Assembly: GCA_900771195.1 (NCBI GenBank)
Contig: CAAGMZ010000018.1
Coordinates: 1,195-65,194, forward strand
Origin: Lachnospiraceae bacterium
GTDB lineage: Bacteria > Bacillota > Clostridia > Lachnospirales > Lachnospiraceae
DNA: 64,000 bases
Direction of reading: 5' to 3'
The position numbers were made by a program, and so were the translations under genes. The notes beneath the pieces are model-generated. The model did not search any database. It was not told the origin of the DNA and worked only from the letters and a program-made list of their open reading frames with translations. This document shows, piece by piece, positions 39,744 to 50,473 of the stretch. Numbering within the stretch: the first letter of the stretch is position 1; the number at the start of each line of letters is the position of its first letter.

Positions 39744-39853
39744 AATACTCCACCTCCATAAGCTTTCTGCATCTATTTACTCAACAGTTTTGTACTGTTG
39801 TGGTATTATTGTGTGCACCGGAGAATGAATTATTATGGGAATTTTTGTCACAA

Positions 39854-40396
39854 TTAAAACTGAATTGTCTTTGCCATGTTGTCTGCTGTCTCTTTATCCG
39901 TAAAGACTTCAAGAAGCTTAAGTCCCAACTCCACTGCCTTTCCCATTCCCCTGGCAGTGATAACCTTTCCGTCCGCTACTACTGCTTCTCCTGTGGCTTC
40001 TGCACCGTAAAGCTCCTTTTCATAGCCCGGATAGCATGTTGCCTTCTTACCGTTAAGAATGTTGTGATGTCCGAGAATGCTTGGTGCGGCACAGATTGCC
40101 GTCACATATTTTCCCTCTTCGTAATACCTGTCTATAAGCTTGGAAAGTCCTGCATGTGCCTCAAGATTAAGCGTTCCGGGCATTCCTCCCGGCAAAAAGA
40201 TTGCGTCTCCGTCCGAAAAATCACATTCATCAAAAATCACGTCCGTAAACACCGGTATCCTGTGGGCCGAAACCACTTCTCTTTTGTCACTTATGGAAAC
40301 AGTGCACACATCAATCTTTCCGCGTCTGAGCACATCTATCACTGCAAGCGCCTCCACAGTCTCAAAGCCATCAGCCAGAAATGCATATAATTTCAT
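39854..40396 (-). CDS. DJ-1/PfpI (YajL/ThiJ-like) protein
   Basis: GFETVEA, LPGG, AICAAP. Confidence 0.93.
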   Translation of the reverse strand: MKLYAFLADGFETVEALAVIDVLRRGKIDVCTVSISDKREVVSAHRIPVFTDVIFDECDFSDGDAIFLPGGMPGTLNLEAHAGLSKLIDRYYEEGKYVTAICAAPSILGHHNILNGKKATCYPGYEKELYGAEATGEAVVADGKVITARGMGKAVELGLKLLEVFTDKETADNMAKTIQF

Positions 40397-40465
40397 ATTT
40401 TTTATCCTCTCTATGGTTATTTTTGCTTTCATGTGCTATTTTATACTTATGGAGGTAATTATTCA

Positions 40466-40915
40466 ATGGAGATAGAAAGAAAATTTTTAATTGATAAAAT
40501 ACCGTTTTCACTTGATGGGTTTAAAAAAAGACTTATCGAGCAGGCATATCTGTGTACTGAACCTGTGGTACGTATCCGCCGCGACAATGATGATTATTAT
40601 CTGACATACAAGTCAAAAGGACTTATAGTCCGTGAAGAATACAATCTTCCCCTGACAAAAGAAAGCTATGAGCATCTTCTGGCCAAAGCCGATGGAATCG
40701 TGCTTACCAAGACCCGATATGAAATCCCCCAGCCTGACGGTCTTATCATTGAGCTTGATATTTTCAGCGGAAAATATGATGGGCTTAAGCTTGCCGAGGT
40801 GGAATTTGAATCAGAAGAACAGGCACATTCATACACTCCTCCGGAATGGTTCGGCGAGGATGTAAGCATGTCTTCAACATACCACAACAGCACACTGGCT
40901 TCTGCCGAATCATAA
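40466..40915 (+). CDS. CYTH domain protein
   Basis: MEIERKFL, AEVEF. Confidence 0.93.
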   Translation: MEIERKFLIDKIPFSLDGFKKRLIEQAYLCTEPVVRIRRDNDDYYLTYKSKGLIVREEYNLPLTKESYEHLLAKADGIVLTKTRYEIPQPDGLIIELDIFSGKYDGLKLAEVEFESEEQAHSYTPPEWFGEDVSMSSTYHNSTLASAES

Positions 40916-41000
40916 TTGTCTGTTTTACTTTCTTAAAAAAAAGGGAATTCCCGGCTTTTATACAAGAATTCCCTTCTCACACAATATAGCTGTAAAATGT

Positions 41001-41942
41001 TTATTTTGCAACAGTAGATGCAATTATTGTCATATTTCCGGTAAATTTCGCATCTTTGCAGGCATTTGTCAGTATAAGATGTGAGCCCTTCTTTATGGGG
41101 GTTCCGTTAACTTCCCCCTCGCCATCTATCACGCTTACATTAAGGAACGGGTACTTCTGCTCGAAATCAAGCGTTCCGTTAACTGTAATCTTAAATACAT
41201 TGTAAAAGCTGTTCTCAATGAGAAGATCTGATGCACTCTCACTGCGCTCAGGAGTATGGCTTATGCTGTCCTCTGCTGACTTGGCAGGAACGCTTATGAC
41301 GTCAATACTCTTTTCAACATGGAGTTCACGGGGCTTGCCGTTCTGAAGGCGGTCATAATCATAAACCCTGTATGTGATATCACTGTTCTGCTGTGTCTCA
41401 AGAATAAGGCATCCCGAAGTGATGGCGTGAACTGTTCCGGGGTCAATCTGTATAAAATCGCCCTTCTTAATGGGAATCTTTCTGATAAACTCGTTCCATC
41501 TGCCTTCATGAATCATTGAAGCAAGCTCTTCACGTGTCCTGGCATTATGTCCCACAACAAGGTCTGCACCCTCAGGGCAGTCAATTATATACCAGCACTC
41601 TGTCTTTCCTAAAGAGCCGTTTTCATTGACTTTAGCATATGCATCATCAGGATGGACCTGGATACTCAGGTTATCATTGGCATCGATAATCTTAATGAGA
41701 AGAGGAAATACATCTCCGCCTATATTTCCAAAAAGCTCCGGCTTGCTCTTAAAAGCCTCTGCAAGCGTCATTCCTTTGCACTCGCCATTTGTTATGGCAG
41801 CAGCTCCGTTGGGATGCGCTGCGATTCCCCAGCATTCACCGATATCATTTCCCTCCACATCATATCCAAAATCATTGTGAAGTCTTGTGCCGCCCCAGAT
41901 ATTATGGGTGAACACAGGCTCAAGCATAAGTATTGTATCCAT
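41001..41942 (-). CDS. manA: Mannose-6-phosphate isomerase, class I
   Basis: IWGG, LSIQVHP, KTECW, GTVHA, QQNSDITYR. Confidence 0.94.
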   Translation of the reverse strand: MDTILMLEPVFTHNIWGGTRLHNDFGYDVEGNDIGECWGIAAHPNGAAAITNGECKGMTLAEAFKSKPELFGNIGGDVFPLLIKIIDANDNLSIQVHPDDAYAKVNENGSLGKTECWYIIDCPEGADLVVGHNARTREELASMIHEGRWNEFIRKIPIKKGDFIQIDPGTVHAITSGCLILETQQNSDITYRVYDYDRLQNGKPRELHVEKSIDVISVPAKSAEDSISHTPERSESASDLLIENSFYNVFKITVNGTLDFEQKYPFLNVSVIDGEGEVNGTPIKKGSHLILTNACKDAKFTGNMTIIASTVAK

Positions 41943-42034
41943 ATGAACCTCCGTTAATTGATTTGATAATGACATTCTATCACACAAAATGACAAGATAC
42001 AATGTTCATATATACGCTTGTTGTTATTGTAAAA

Positions 42035-42715
42035 TCATTTTTCATCTTCAAATGTCACATCCACGCTTCCCATGTCGGCACGTATATCCATGTCACAGTC
42101 AATGAAACCGCTTATTTCGGCATTCCCCATATCAAGCTCTGATTTGAAAGAACCTGAACATGTTCCTTTGTATTCAAAATCGCCGGCACTAAGGTCTGCG
42201 TTCACCGTAACAGCTGTTACATTTTTGCAGCGAACCGCCCCTGCACCACAATCAACCGAAAGCTTGTCAAAATTCACACCTGATATTGTTATGCTGCCGG
42301 CGTCGTTGCTTATGTCTGCATCATATTTCAGACTTTCGTCTGAAGGCACATATATTTTAAGGTAGCAGCCGCTCCATAATGTAATATTGAATTTCATAGT
42401 GTTCTCCGAACTTATTTTGAGAACGCCGTCTTTTACCGCACATGAAAATACATCATTCGACACAGCATACTCTATAGCATAAGTATCACCTGATATTATC
42501 TCGATATTTTCCGCGTCGACATCAATTTCTATAGTGTCAAAAGCCTCTATTTCCTTATATTCCTGTTGATAGGCATAGTCAGTTACGAAATGTCCGTTGA
42601 CAAGACCTATCGGCGTAAACTTTCCGCCACACAGAAAACCTATTCCTAAAAGCGCTGCTCCAAGCACAAGGAACACTCCTGATATTATTCCCGTTACCGC
42701 AAAAATTTTTTTCAT
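42035..42715 (-). CDS. DUF4097 beta-strand repeat protein (possibly 3'-frameshifted)
   Basis: N-terminal TM, repeated xGx turns (DAG, GAG, SAG, DMG). Confidence 0.75.
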   Translation of the reverse strand: MKKIFAVTGIISGVFLVLGAALLGIGFLCGGKFTPIGLVNGHFVTDYAYQQEYKEIEAFDTIEIDVDAENIEIISGDTYAIEYAVSNDVFSCAVKDGVLKISSENTMKFNITLWSGCYLKIYVPSDESLKYDADISNDAGSITISGVNFDKLSVDCGAGAVRCKNVTAVTVNADLSAGDFEYKGTCSGSFKSELDMGNAEISGFIDCDMDIRADMGSVDVTFEDEK

Positions 42716-43295
42716 TTTGCCGCCCCCTTCTTCTTTCTGTCTGAAATAGCGTTACACAACCTGCCGACGAGCATTATGAAAAGAACCGTAAGCATCATAA
42801 GAATAACGCCTGCAGCAATCATAGGGAATCCTCCCCCGACAGCTACCATACCATTACCCGGACTCATAAAGGCAGTCACAATGCCAACGCCACTTATGAT
42901 TGCCCCTCCAAGCATAAATGCTATGGATGAAACCGCCACAACAAACGCTATAACAAATAACACGGCAATAATACATATTGCAACCACGAGAAGACTGAGC
43001 CATAAGGGCAATCCAATAATGGCAACCGCCACAAAAAGTCCCACGGGAATTCCTTTCTTTCTGGGTTTTTCCACATATATATCCGACGGATTCTTTCCTC
43101 GATATTCCGCAATCACGCTTTTGGCAATATCCTCAGGGTTGCCCAGTTCCACAATCACATCCTGTTCCTTGTCCGGTCCTGCATCAGCAAAATACTCCGA
43201 ATAGTATTCCATCACGTTATTGTACTCATCTGCCGGAATCTCTTTCCTTATGTAATGTAAGTGCTGAGTTTTTCCAGATATTCATCCTTGTTCAT
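42712..43295 (-). pseudogene. DUF1700 (HAAS) membrane protein, frameshifted
   Basis: ATG 43295 reads MNKDEYLEKLSTYIT*; removing one copy of a tandem TACAT (43250-43259) restores ...STYIRKEIPADEYNNVMEYYSEYF...ELGNPEDIA. Confidence 0.85.
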
Positions 43296-43608
43296 TCTGA
43301 TTTCCTCCATACAAAATCATGTCAAGCTTCGCCTTAAATCCGTTCCATTCATCAAGGTAGAAATCAAGCTTGCTGCGTCCGGCAGGGGTTATAGCGTAAT
43401 ACCTCCTGTTGCGTCCCTGATAAGCCATATCATATGCCGTCAGGCATCCATCCTTCTGAAGTCTCCTTAAGACCGGGTAAAGCGTGCTTTCAGATACATT
43501 GACAATCTCCTTGATTTTCTGTGTCAGCACATATCCATATGTGTCTCCGTGACTCAAAACAGCCAGGACGCAGGCATCAAGAAGAGTTGAGCCAAGCTGA
43601 AATACCAT
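43282..43608 (-). CDS. PadR-family regulator
   Basis: TYGY, ESTLYPVLRRL, RRYYAIT. Confidence 0.95.
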   Translation of the reverse strand: MVFQLGSTLLDACVLAVLSHGDTYGYVLTQKIKEIVNVSESTLYPVLRRLQKDGCLTAYDMAYQGRNRRYYAITPAGRSKLDFYLDEWNGFKAKLDMILYGGNQNEQG

Positions 43609-43828
43609 GCTCTCATCTCCTATTTTAAATAATATTATATGTCATATAATATGTTGTGGCCATATAATGTCACTTCATAAATATGGTGTCAACAAATAAT
43701 ATGCTGTAAGTGCCGAAAAAAAATTGCAAAGCACCGGAAAGTTAAAAAAAATAGCAGTCAACTGTTGTTTTCCCTTATTTGTAATGGTAAAATACCCTTT
43801 GTATTAATTTACAAGAGAGGAATTATTT

Positions 43829-44986
43829 ATGCAGTTTTCAAAAAGACTTGACTTATTTGGCGACGAAATTTTTGCCGCCCTGAACGAAAAGCGCCTTGAA
43901 TTAGAGAAAAACGGAAAGAAAATATACAACATGAGTGTCGGAACTCCTGACTTTAAGACACCTGAGCATATTAAAAAGGCTCTTATCGATGCTGCCTGTG
44001 ATGACAACAGCTGGAAGTACAGCCTGAGAGATCTCCCCGAGCTTCTGCAGGCAGTATGTGACTATTATCTGAAGCGTTTCGGGGTTACCATCACGCCTGA
44101 CATGGTAATGTCGGTATACGGAAGCCAGGAGGGAATGGGACACCTGGGGATGGCGCTGTGCGATGAAGGAGACACTGTTCTTCTTCCTGACCCGTGCTAC
44201 CCTGTTTTTGCTGCAGGAAGTCTTCTTGGCGGGGCTGTTCCCTATTATTATCCTCTCACTGCAGAACATGATTTTCTCCCATATGTCAGAGACATCCCTG
44301 AGGATGTTGCCCGGAAAGCCAAATACATGGTCGTTTCGCTTCCATCGAACCCTGTCGGAAGCATCGCCACACCCGGCCTGTATGAAGAAATCGTAACTTT
44401 TGCCCAAAAATACGACATTCTCGTTATACATGACAATGCGTACAGCGATATTATTTTTGACGGAGCGTATGGAGGAAGCTTTCTGTCAACTCCCGGTGCC
44501 AAAGATATCGGCGTTGAATTTTTCAGCCTTTCCAAATCATTCAATGTAACAGGTGCCAGAATAAGCTTTCTTATAGGTCGTCCGGATGTGATTGCAGCTC
44601 TCAGGAAACTTCGGAGTCAGATTGACTTCGGAATGTTCATTCCGCTTCAGAAAGCAGCAATTGCGGCGCTTACAGGACCACTTCAAAGCGTAAAAGACCA
44701 GTGTAAGATGTATGAAGACAGACGAAACGCTCTCTGCGACGGGCTAAGAAATATTGGCTGGGAACTTCCCAACGGCAAAGGCACTATGTTTGTCTGGGCC
44801 AGAATTCCCGGAGACCGCACAGACAGCATGGCTTTCTGCATGGAGCTTATGGAAAAAGCAGGCGTCATTGTGACCCCCGGTGCAAGCTTCGGCCCTCACG
44901 GAGAGGGATATGTAAGATTTGCTCTTGTACTTCCGCCGGACAAGATTACGGAGGCTGTACAGGCAATTAAAGACAGCGGAATTTAA
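43829..44986 (+). CDS. Class I/II PLP aminotransferase (LL-DAP aminotransferase/MtnE-like)
   Basis: PSNPVG, HDNAY, SLSKSFNVTGARI. Confidence 0.88.
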   Translation: MQFSKRLDLFGDEIFAALNEKRLELEKNGKKIYNMSVGTPDFKTPEHIKKALIDAACDDNSWKYSLRDLPELLQAVCDYYLKRFGVTITPDMVMSVYGSQEGMGHLGMALCDEGDTVLLPDPCYPVFAAGSLLGGAVPYYYPLTAEHDFLPYVRDIPEDVARKAKYMVVSLPSNPVGSIATPGLYEEIVTFAQKYDILVIHDNAYSDIIFDGAYGGSFLSTPGAKDIGVEFFSLSKSFNVTGARISFLIGRPDVIAALRKLRSQIDFGMFIPLQKAAIAALTGPLQSVKDQCKMYEDRRNALCDGLRNIGWELPNGKGTMFVWARIPGDRTDSMAFCMELMEKAGVIVTPGASFGPHGEGYVRFALVLPPDKITEAVQAIKDSGI

Positions 44987-45033
44987 CTTACAGAAAAGTC
45001 CGAATAAAAATCATCAGATTCTTTTTATGTCAA

Positions 45034-45079
45034 AAAACCGGAACACCTCGCAAACCAAATCCGCAGGTGTTCCGGTTTT
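45034..45079. terminator. Bidirectional terminator
   Basis: aaaaccggaacacct...aggtgttccggtttt. Confidence 0.8.
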
Positions 45080-45096
45080 AAATAATAAAGCTGTAA

Positions 45097-46182
45097 TTAT
45101 TTAGCTGTTATATAGTTCTGTGCAACAAGTGTCTCTGCTGAAAGAACAGCTCCGCCTGCAGCTCCTCTTATAGTATTATGTGAAAGTCCCACAAACTTCC
45201 AGTCAAATACAGTATCTTCGCGGAGTCTTCCGATTGATACTCCGAATCCGTTCTCATAATTTACATCGAGAGCAATCTGAGGCCTGTTATCTTCCTCAAG
45301 ATACTGGATAAAATGCTTGGGAGCGCTGGGAAGATTAAGCTTCTGGGGAAGTCCTGAAAAGCTTCTCCACTTCTCAAGTATTTCTTCCTTAGTAGGTTTT
45401 TTGTTAAAGTTAACGAAAACTGCTGCCGTATGTCCGTAAAGAACAGGAACTCTGATGCACTGTGTGGTAATAACAGGAAGCTTTGCCTTCTCTATATGTC
45501 CGTCCACAAGCTTACCCATAAGCCTTAACGGCTCCTGTTCGCTTTTCTCTTCTTCTCCTGCAATGTAAGGAATAATATTGCCTTCCATCTCAGGCCAGTC
45601 CTTAAAGTTCTTGCCCGCACCGGAGATTGCCTGATATGTGGTCGCAACAACAAGCGTAGGCTCGTACTCCCTGAGTGCATAAATGGCAGGTGTATAGCTC
45701 TGGATTGAACAGTTAGGCTTAACTGCTATAAATCCTCTCTTGGTTCCAAGTCTCTTTTTCTGATATTCGATAAGGCCGTAATGCTCAGGATTAATCTCGG
45801 GAACTACCATCGGAACATCTTCTGTCCAACGGTGTGCACTGTTGTTGGATACAACAGGAGTCTCTGTCTTAGCGTAATCTTCCTCAATTTTCTTGATTTC
45901 TTCCTTGCTCATGTCAACTGCACTGAACACAAAATCAACCTGTGAAGCAACTGTTTCAACATCGTTTACATTGTAAATTACCATGTCCTTCACAGCCTCG
46001 GGAATCGGTGTATCCATTTTCCATCTGTCACCGACAGCCTCTGCGTATGTCTTTCCGGCTGAGCGGGGACTTGCTGCCACTACAGTAACCTCAAACCAGG
46101 GATGATTTTCAAGCAGAGATATGAATCTCTGACCTACCATACCGGTTGCTCCCAGTATGCCGACCTTCAACTTCTTTTCCAT
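45097..46182 (-). CDS. asd: Aspartate-semialdehyde dehydrogenase
   Basis: GATGMVG, PNCS, QAISGAG, RVPV, HNTIRGAAG. Confidence 0.96.
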   Translation of the reverse strand: MEKKLKVGILGATGMVGQRFISLLENHPWFEVTVVAASPRSAGKTYAEAVGDRWKMDTPIPEAVKDMVIYNVNDVETVASQVDFVFSAVDMSKEEIKKIEEDYAKTETPVVSNNSAHRWTEDVPMVVPEINPEHYGLIEYQKKRLGTKRGFIAVKPNCSIQSYTPAIYALREYEPTLVVATTYQAISGAGKNFKDWPEMEGNIIPYIAGEEEKSEQEPLRLMGKLVDGHIEKAKLPVITTQCIRVPVLYGHTAAVFVNFNKKPTKEEILEKWRSFSGLPQKLNLPSAPKHFIQYLEEDNRPQIALDVNYENGFGVSIGRLREDTVFDWKFVGLSHNTIRGAAGGAVLSAETLVAQNYITAK

Positions 46183-46197
46183 CTTTTTGTTCTCCTA

Positions 46198-47547
46198 TTA
46201 TTTTACTTTCTGATATGTGGCAAATTCATAACCCTTTGACCTGATTCCGTCAATCATATCGCCAAGCATTGCCCGGTTAGTGGTCGAAGAACCGCTCAAA
46301 AGATATATGGCACCTCCGTGCACCTTATTCAATGCGTTCTCAAGCGCTTCAGCCAAATCCGGCTGATTTCCTGCGTCCCAGTCCGCATACGCAAAGCTCC
46401 AGAATACTGTCCTGTAACCCTTACTCTGCGCCAGTGCGAGGGCCTGCTCCGAAAAGCACCCTGAGGGTGTCCTGAAAAGATACATTTCATATCCGTAATT
46501 GTCACGGACATAATTGTACAATGTATCCATCTCATTTGTCAAATCATTTACGGACAAATCAGTGATTTCCCTGCCGCTTGCCGTGTAATTGCCAAGAACA
46601 TGTCCCTCGTCAATAATCCTTTGTACTATTTCGGGATTTTTCCGAACATAGTCAAGCGTCACAAAAAATACTGCACTTACGCCCCTGTCCTTCAATATGT
46701 CAAGCATGGCTTCCGTATTCCCCGCCTCGGAAAATTCATTGAAGGTCAGCCATACATATCCGCTGTCAGGCTGTATGAAGTCGACGGCAAATTTGCCGTA
46801 CAATCCCGTGTAATACCCAATCTCAGGCCTGTTGGTATCAGGATCAACATTATTGCCGATACCGTAATAGACAGTCTTGCTTTCATATTCTTCAACGGAT
46901 GTCACATCCTCATCGGCTCCGTAATTCATATATTTGGAATAATTTATGACAGGTTCATTACCATCAGGAACCTTTCCGTATTCAACAACGTGAACATTGA
47001 ATTCGGCAACGGAACAGTTGTTGTATGTATCTTTAGCTATAATCTCGCCCTTGTATTCGCCAATCTCGGTAAAAGTAAGGTCCGACATCATAGTCTTGTC
47101 CCTGTCAGCCTTTGTCATGTCATCCGAAAAACCATAGTCAAAATCAGATTCATCCGTTACATCTCCGACAACATCCTCAAGCTTCACCGTTCCTCCCTGC
47201 TCAAGATATATGTCCTCACTCTTAAGAGTTATCCTTGGCGCCTTAAGGTCCGTAACTATCACGTTAAAATATTTTACGCTGTCCCTGTATGTGACGGAAG
47301 CCCTGTATGTACCCATTCTGTCCTTATTAACAGCCGACAGGTCTATCTGCATCTCATCCATAATGCCGGATGATGCACGCACATAATCTGACATATCCGT
47401 ACTGAGAGGGTCACCCACAGACACTTTAACATCATTGGTTATAAGATTGATTGCATAATCTCCGCAGCCGGAAAGCATAAACATTGTTCCTGAAAGAACA
47501 GCCGCGGCAGCAATTATTTTCCCTGGTTTATTTACATTTTTCATCAT
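46198..47547 (-). CDS. Lipoprotein with Ig-like repeats and a catalytically degenerate PdaA/NodB domain
   Basis: LSGC lipobox; LTFN, GHVLGNY, FRTPSG, FWSFAYADW, GAIYLLS. Confidence 0.85.
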   Translation of the reverse strand: MMKNVNKPGKIIAAAAVLSGTMFMLSGCGDYAINLITNDVKVSVGDPLSTDMSDYVRASSGIMDEMQIDLSAVNKDRMGTYRASVTYRDSVKYFNVIVTDLKAPRITLKSEDIYLEQGGTVKLEDVVGDVTDESDFDYGFSDDMTKADRDKTMMSDLTFTEIGEYKGEIIAKDTYNNCSVAEFNVHVVEYGKVPDGNEPVINYSKYMNYGADEDVTSVEEYESKTVYYGIGNNVDPDTNRPEIGYYTGLYGKFAVDFIQPDSGYVWLTFNEFSEAGNTEAMLDILKDRGVSAVFFVTLDYVRKNPEIVQRIIDEGHVLGNYTASGREITDLSVNDLTNEMDTLYNYVRDNYGYEMYLFRTPSGCFSEQALALAQSKGYRTVFWSFAYADWDAGNQPDLAEALENALNKVHGGAIYLLSGSSTTNRAMLGDMIDGIRSKGYEFATYQKVK

Positions 47548-47624
47548 ATGACCACCAAAATATACATTTTTCACGGTAATCACATGATAACAGATTTTCG
47601 TCTGAAAGACAATTCCAAATACTT

Positions 47625-48521
47625 CTATAAAGTTTTCACTGCATAATATTTATCACACATCATCACCGGTCTGTAGGAAAGCTTTGCGCGCCTGAGTCCC
47701 TCAATTCCTACATCATCTTCCCTGTTTACATAGGTAAAACCGGCAAGTTCATTGGCCGCAAACTGCTGATTTATGGCCTGGTACAGTCCCGGAATATCCT
47801 CATAGGCTTTTTCAAAATGCGTGACAAACGTATCCCGGCTTACTGGCTCTCCGAAAGTGAACGCAACAACCTTCCCATCAATCCTTATAAGTCCTCCCCT
47901 GAAATCAAATATGTCATAAGCATCAAAGGCCCTGTCTATGACATGAAGCTCCTCCCTGAACTCATCATCATCCTCACCCTTCAACGCTGCCCACTCATTC
48001 TTCATCTGACGGCATTCCTCAATGTTTTCCCTGCCTATCCTTTCATATGTGAAATCATATGTCTTAAGAAACTTATTAAGATGATTTTTCTTGCCGTGGA
48101 GTTTGGAGCCTGACAAGGTAATCAGGCTTTCTGTCAGGTAAATATAGTCACTGAAGCTTCTGTCATAACCAAATTCAAGCTGCCCGACCATGTCACTGCC
48201 CAGCCTGTGCACCATTTCATCGGAAATGTTGCTTATCATCATTTTTTCACCGGTCTGTCTTGCATCCTCTTCTATGTCATTTATAAACCTTTCCGGGTCT
48301 TCCGGCAGTTCAAGCGGAGAATAGTGGGCAATCACGGACCCTTCTGCCTTATTAATGCTCCTGTATAAAAGAACATCATCATAAATGGTGTACCTGATGT
48401 CCTCACCCTCGTTCCAGAAACACACATTGGCAGGTGCAAATTCACAATTCTTCGTATCAGCCTTTAAAGTATATTTTTTAATTGTATCAAGGTCATCGTA
48501 TGTTATCTTTTTGAATTCCAT
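47625..48521 (-). CDS. DUF2156 (aminoacyl-transferase/GNAT-like) protein
   Basis: DYIY, KKNHLN, HFEKA, NREDDVGIEGLRRAKLSYRP. Confidence 0.88.
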   Translation of the reverse strand: MEFKKITYDDLDTIKKYTLKADTKNCEFAPANVCFWNEGEDIRYTIYDDVLLYRSINKAEGSVIAHYSPLELPEDPERFINDIEEDARQTGEKMMISNISDEMVHRLGSDMVGQLEFGYDRSFSDYIYLTESLITLSGSKLHGKKNHLNKFLKTYDFTYERIGRENIEECRQMKNEWAALKGEDDDEFREELHVIDRAFDAYDIFDFRGGLIRIDGKVVAFTFGEPVSRDTFVTHFEKAYEDIPGLYQAINQQFAANELAGFTYVNREDDVGIEGLRRAKLSYRPVMMCDKYYAVKTL

Positions 48522-48532
48522 AATCTCTCCGT

Positions 48533-49087
48533 TCAAAACGGTATGAAACCGCTTATTTGTGATGGTATACCATCGTCCTTAAAACTGCACAAAAGCGCAT
48601 TTTCCGCACCATACAGTTCTTTGGGAGCTGACACCGTTTCTCGTGCTTCTTCCCATTCCACAAATTTCAATATCCCCGCATTGTCAGGCACAAGAAAATC
48701 ATTTTTTCCTGCTTCAAGCGAAGCCCTGCCGGTAAATCCAAGGTTATTGTAATATTTTATGAGTTCCTCTTCTGCCGGTATCAGAAATGCATAGTCTGCC
48801 CCGGACTTTCTGCAAAGCTTAAGTGCTTCACATATAAGTGAGCTCATTATGCCTTTTCTGCGATACTGCGGCAAAGTAGCCAGTGCGTAAAGATAAATGG
48901 CTGTTCCATTATTCATCGGAACCATATAAAGCGATGATACCACCGTTAATTCATCCCGATACACAAGTACATTCTCCGCCCGGCAGACATCAAGAAATCT
49001 GTCTATAAGTTCATCTTCATCCCCAAAGCAGACTTTCCATATTTTTTTGAGTTGTTCATTATCATCCTTGCAGGCTGTGCTGATCAT
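48533..49087 (-). CDS. GNAT family N-acetyltransferase
   Basis: WKVCFGD, YALATLPQYRRKGIM, YYNNLGF. Confidence 0.88.
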   Translation of the reverse strand: MISTACKDDNEQLKKIWKVCFGDEDELIDRFLDVCRAENVLVYRDELTVVSSLYMVPMNNGTAIYLYALATLPQYRRKGIMSSLICEALKLCRKSGADYAFLIPAEEELIKYYNNLGFTGRASLEAGKNDFLVPDNAGILKFVEWEEARETVSAPKELYGAENALLCSFKDDGIPSQISGFIPF

Positions 49088-50432
49088 TTGGCACCATCTC
49101 CTTCATTGCCGACGCGCATATCGGTATTGCCAGAATAAAAGAAAGCACATCTGCCACCGACTGCGCCATTTCAATTCCGGCAAGCTTCATAAGTGCTCCC
49201 ATCACAAAAAGTGCAGGGATAAACATTATTCCCTGTCTTGCCATAGCTATTATTGTTGCCCTGAATGTCTTCCTTGTGTTCTGCAGGAACATATTGCACA
49301 TAACAACAAAGCCTGACAGCGGCATCGTGATGCACTGGTACCGCAGTGCTTCGGTACCTATTCTGATAAGCTCTGCATCATCCTTTCTGAACACTTTTAC
49401 AACCGGTTCAGCCCACACATAACCGCAGAAGCCTATGAGCGTCATCGCTACTGTCGCAACGATAACGCAGAACCTGAACGCTTCCTTCACTCTGTCATAG
49501 AGTCTGGCGCCGTAATTGAATCCGCACACCGGCTGAAATCCCTGCCCGAAACCGATAAGTGCCGAGCCTGCTATCATCGTAATCCTTGTAACCACCGAAA
49601 ATGCAGCTATAGCTGAGTCTCCGTAAGGTTTAGCGGCATGGTTAAGACATATGGTGGCAATGCTCATAAGCCCCTGTCTTGCAAGAGAAGGCACTCCTCC
49701 GGCGAATATCTCTCTGAATTTTTCCCATGACATGTGATAATTCTGCCAGCGGATTTTTACGCCATCCTTTTGACCGCTTAATATTAACAATATGACAAAA
49801 CCTACTGCCTGTGATATTGCAGTGGCCGCGCTTGCCCCTGTTATGCCCATCCCGAAGCCGAATATAAACAACGGATCAAGACCTACATTAAGAAGCGCAC
49901 CGGCGGCAATTCCAATTACTGCCAACTGTGCATTTCCCTGCATCCTCATAATATTGTTGAGTACAAAGCTTCCCATTATGAATGGTGTGGCGATAAGAAT
50001 ATATCTGAAATATCTGACAGCCTCAGGCATTATTGTATCAGTAGCTCCAAGTGCACGCAGCAAGGGTTTCATAAATATTGTTCCAAAAACACCTATGAAT
50101 ATTCCTGTGAATACAGCCGTAAAAAAACCTGCTGATGCCATATTCTCTGCTTTGTCAATATTTCTTTTGCCCAATTCTCTTGATATGTAGTTTCCGGAGC
50201 CATGGCCGAAGAAAAAAGAAATCGCCTGTACCAGTGCCATGTATGAAAAAACTATACCGACTGCCCCGGTAGCCTGCGTGCTTATTTTCCCCACAAAAAA
50301 AGTATCTGCCATATTATAAAATGCAGTGACAAGCATGCTTGCTATTGACGGAACAGCCATACTGCACACAAGCCTTCTGACCGGTGCGGTAGTCATTCTT
50401 ATGTATTTATTTTCCTGTGCCGAATTACCCAT
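49062..50432 (-). CDS. MATE family efflux transporter
   Basis: YNMADTFFV, NVGLDPLFI, GFNYGA. Confidence 0.94.
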   Translation of the reverse strand: MGNSAQENKYIRMTTAPVRRLVCSMAVPSIASMLVTAFYNMADTFFVGKISTQATGAVGIVFSYMALVQAISFFFGHGSGNYISRELGKRNIDKAENMASAGFFTAVFTGIFIGVFGTIFMKPLLRALGATDTIMPEAVRYFRYILIATPFIMGSFVLNNIMRMQGNAQLAVIGIAAGALLNVGLDPLFIFGFGMGITGASAATAISQAVGFVILLILSGQKDGVKIRWQNYHMSWEKFREIFAGGVPSLARQGLMSIATICLNHAAKPYGDSAIAAFSVVTRITMIAGSALIGFGQGFQPVCGFNYGARLYDRVKEAFRFCVIVATVAMTLIGFCGYVWAEPVVKVFRKDDAELIRIGTEALRYQCITMPLSGFVVMCNMFLQNTRKTFRATIIAMARQGIMFIPALFVMGALMKLAGIEMAQSVADVLSFILAIPICASAMKEMVPNDQHSLQG

Positions 50433-50473
50433 AAAGCCTCTATACTTTTTTATTATTGTATGGAAATCTTTCC

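Noticed and set aside
46600..47373. Long antisense ORFs (this one, 50867..51523, 25458..26096, 39800..40390 and others)
   Set aside because: They lie opposite well-supported genes and have no motifs or SD; typical antisense shadows
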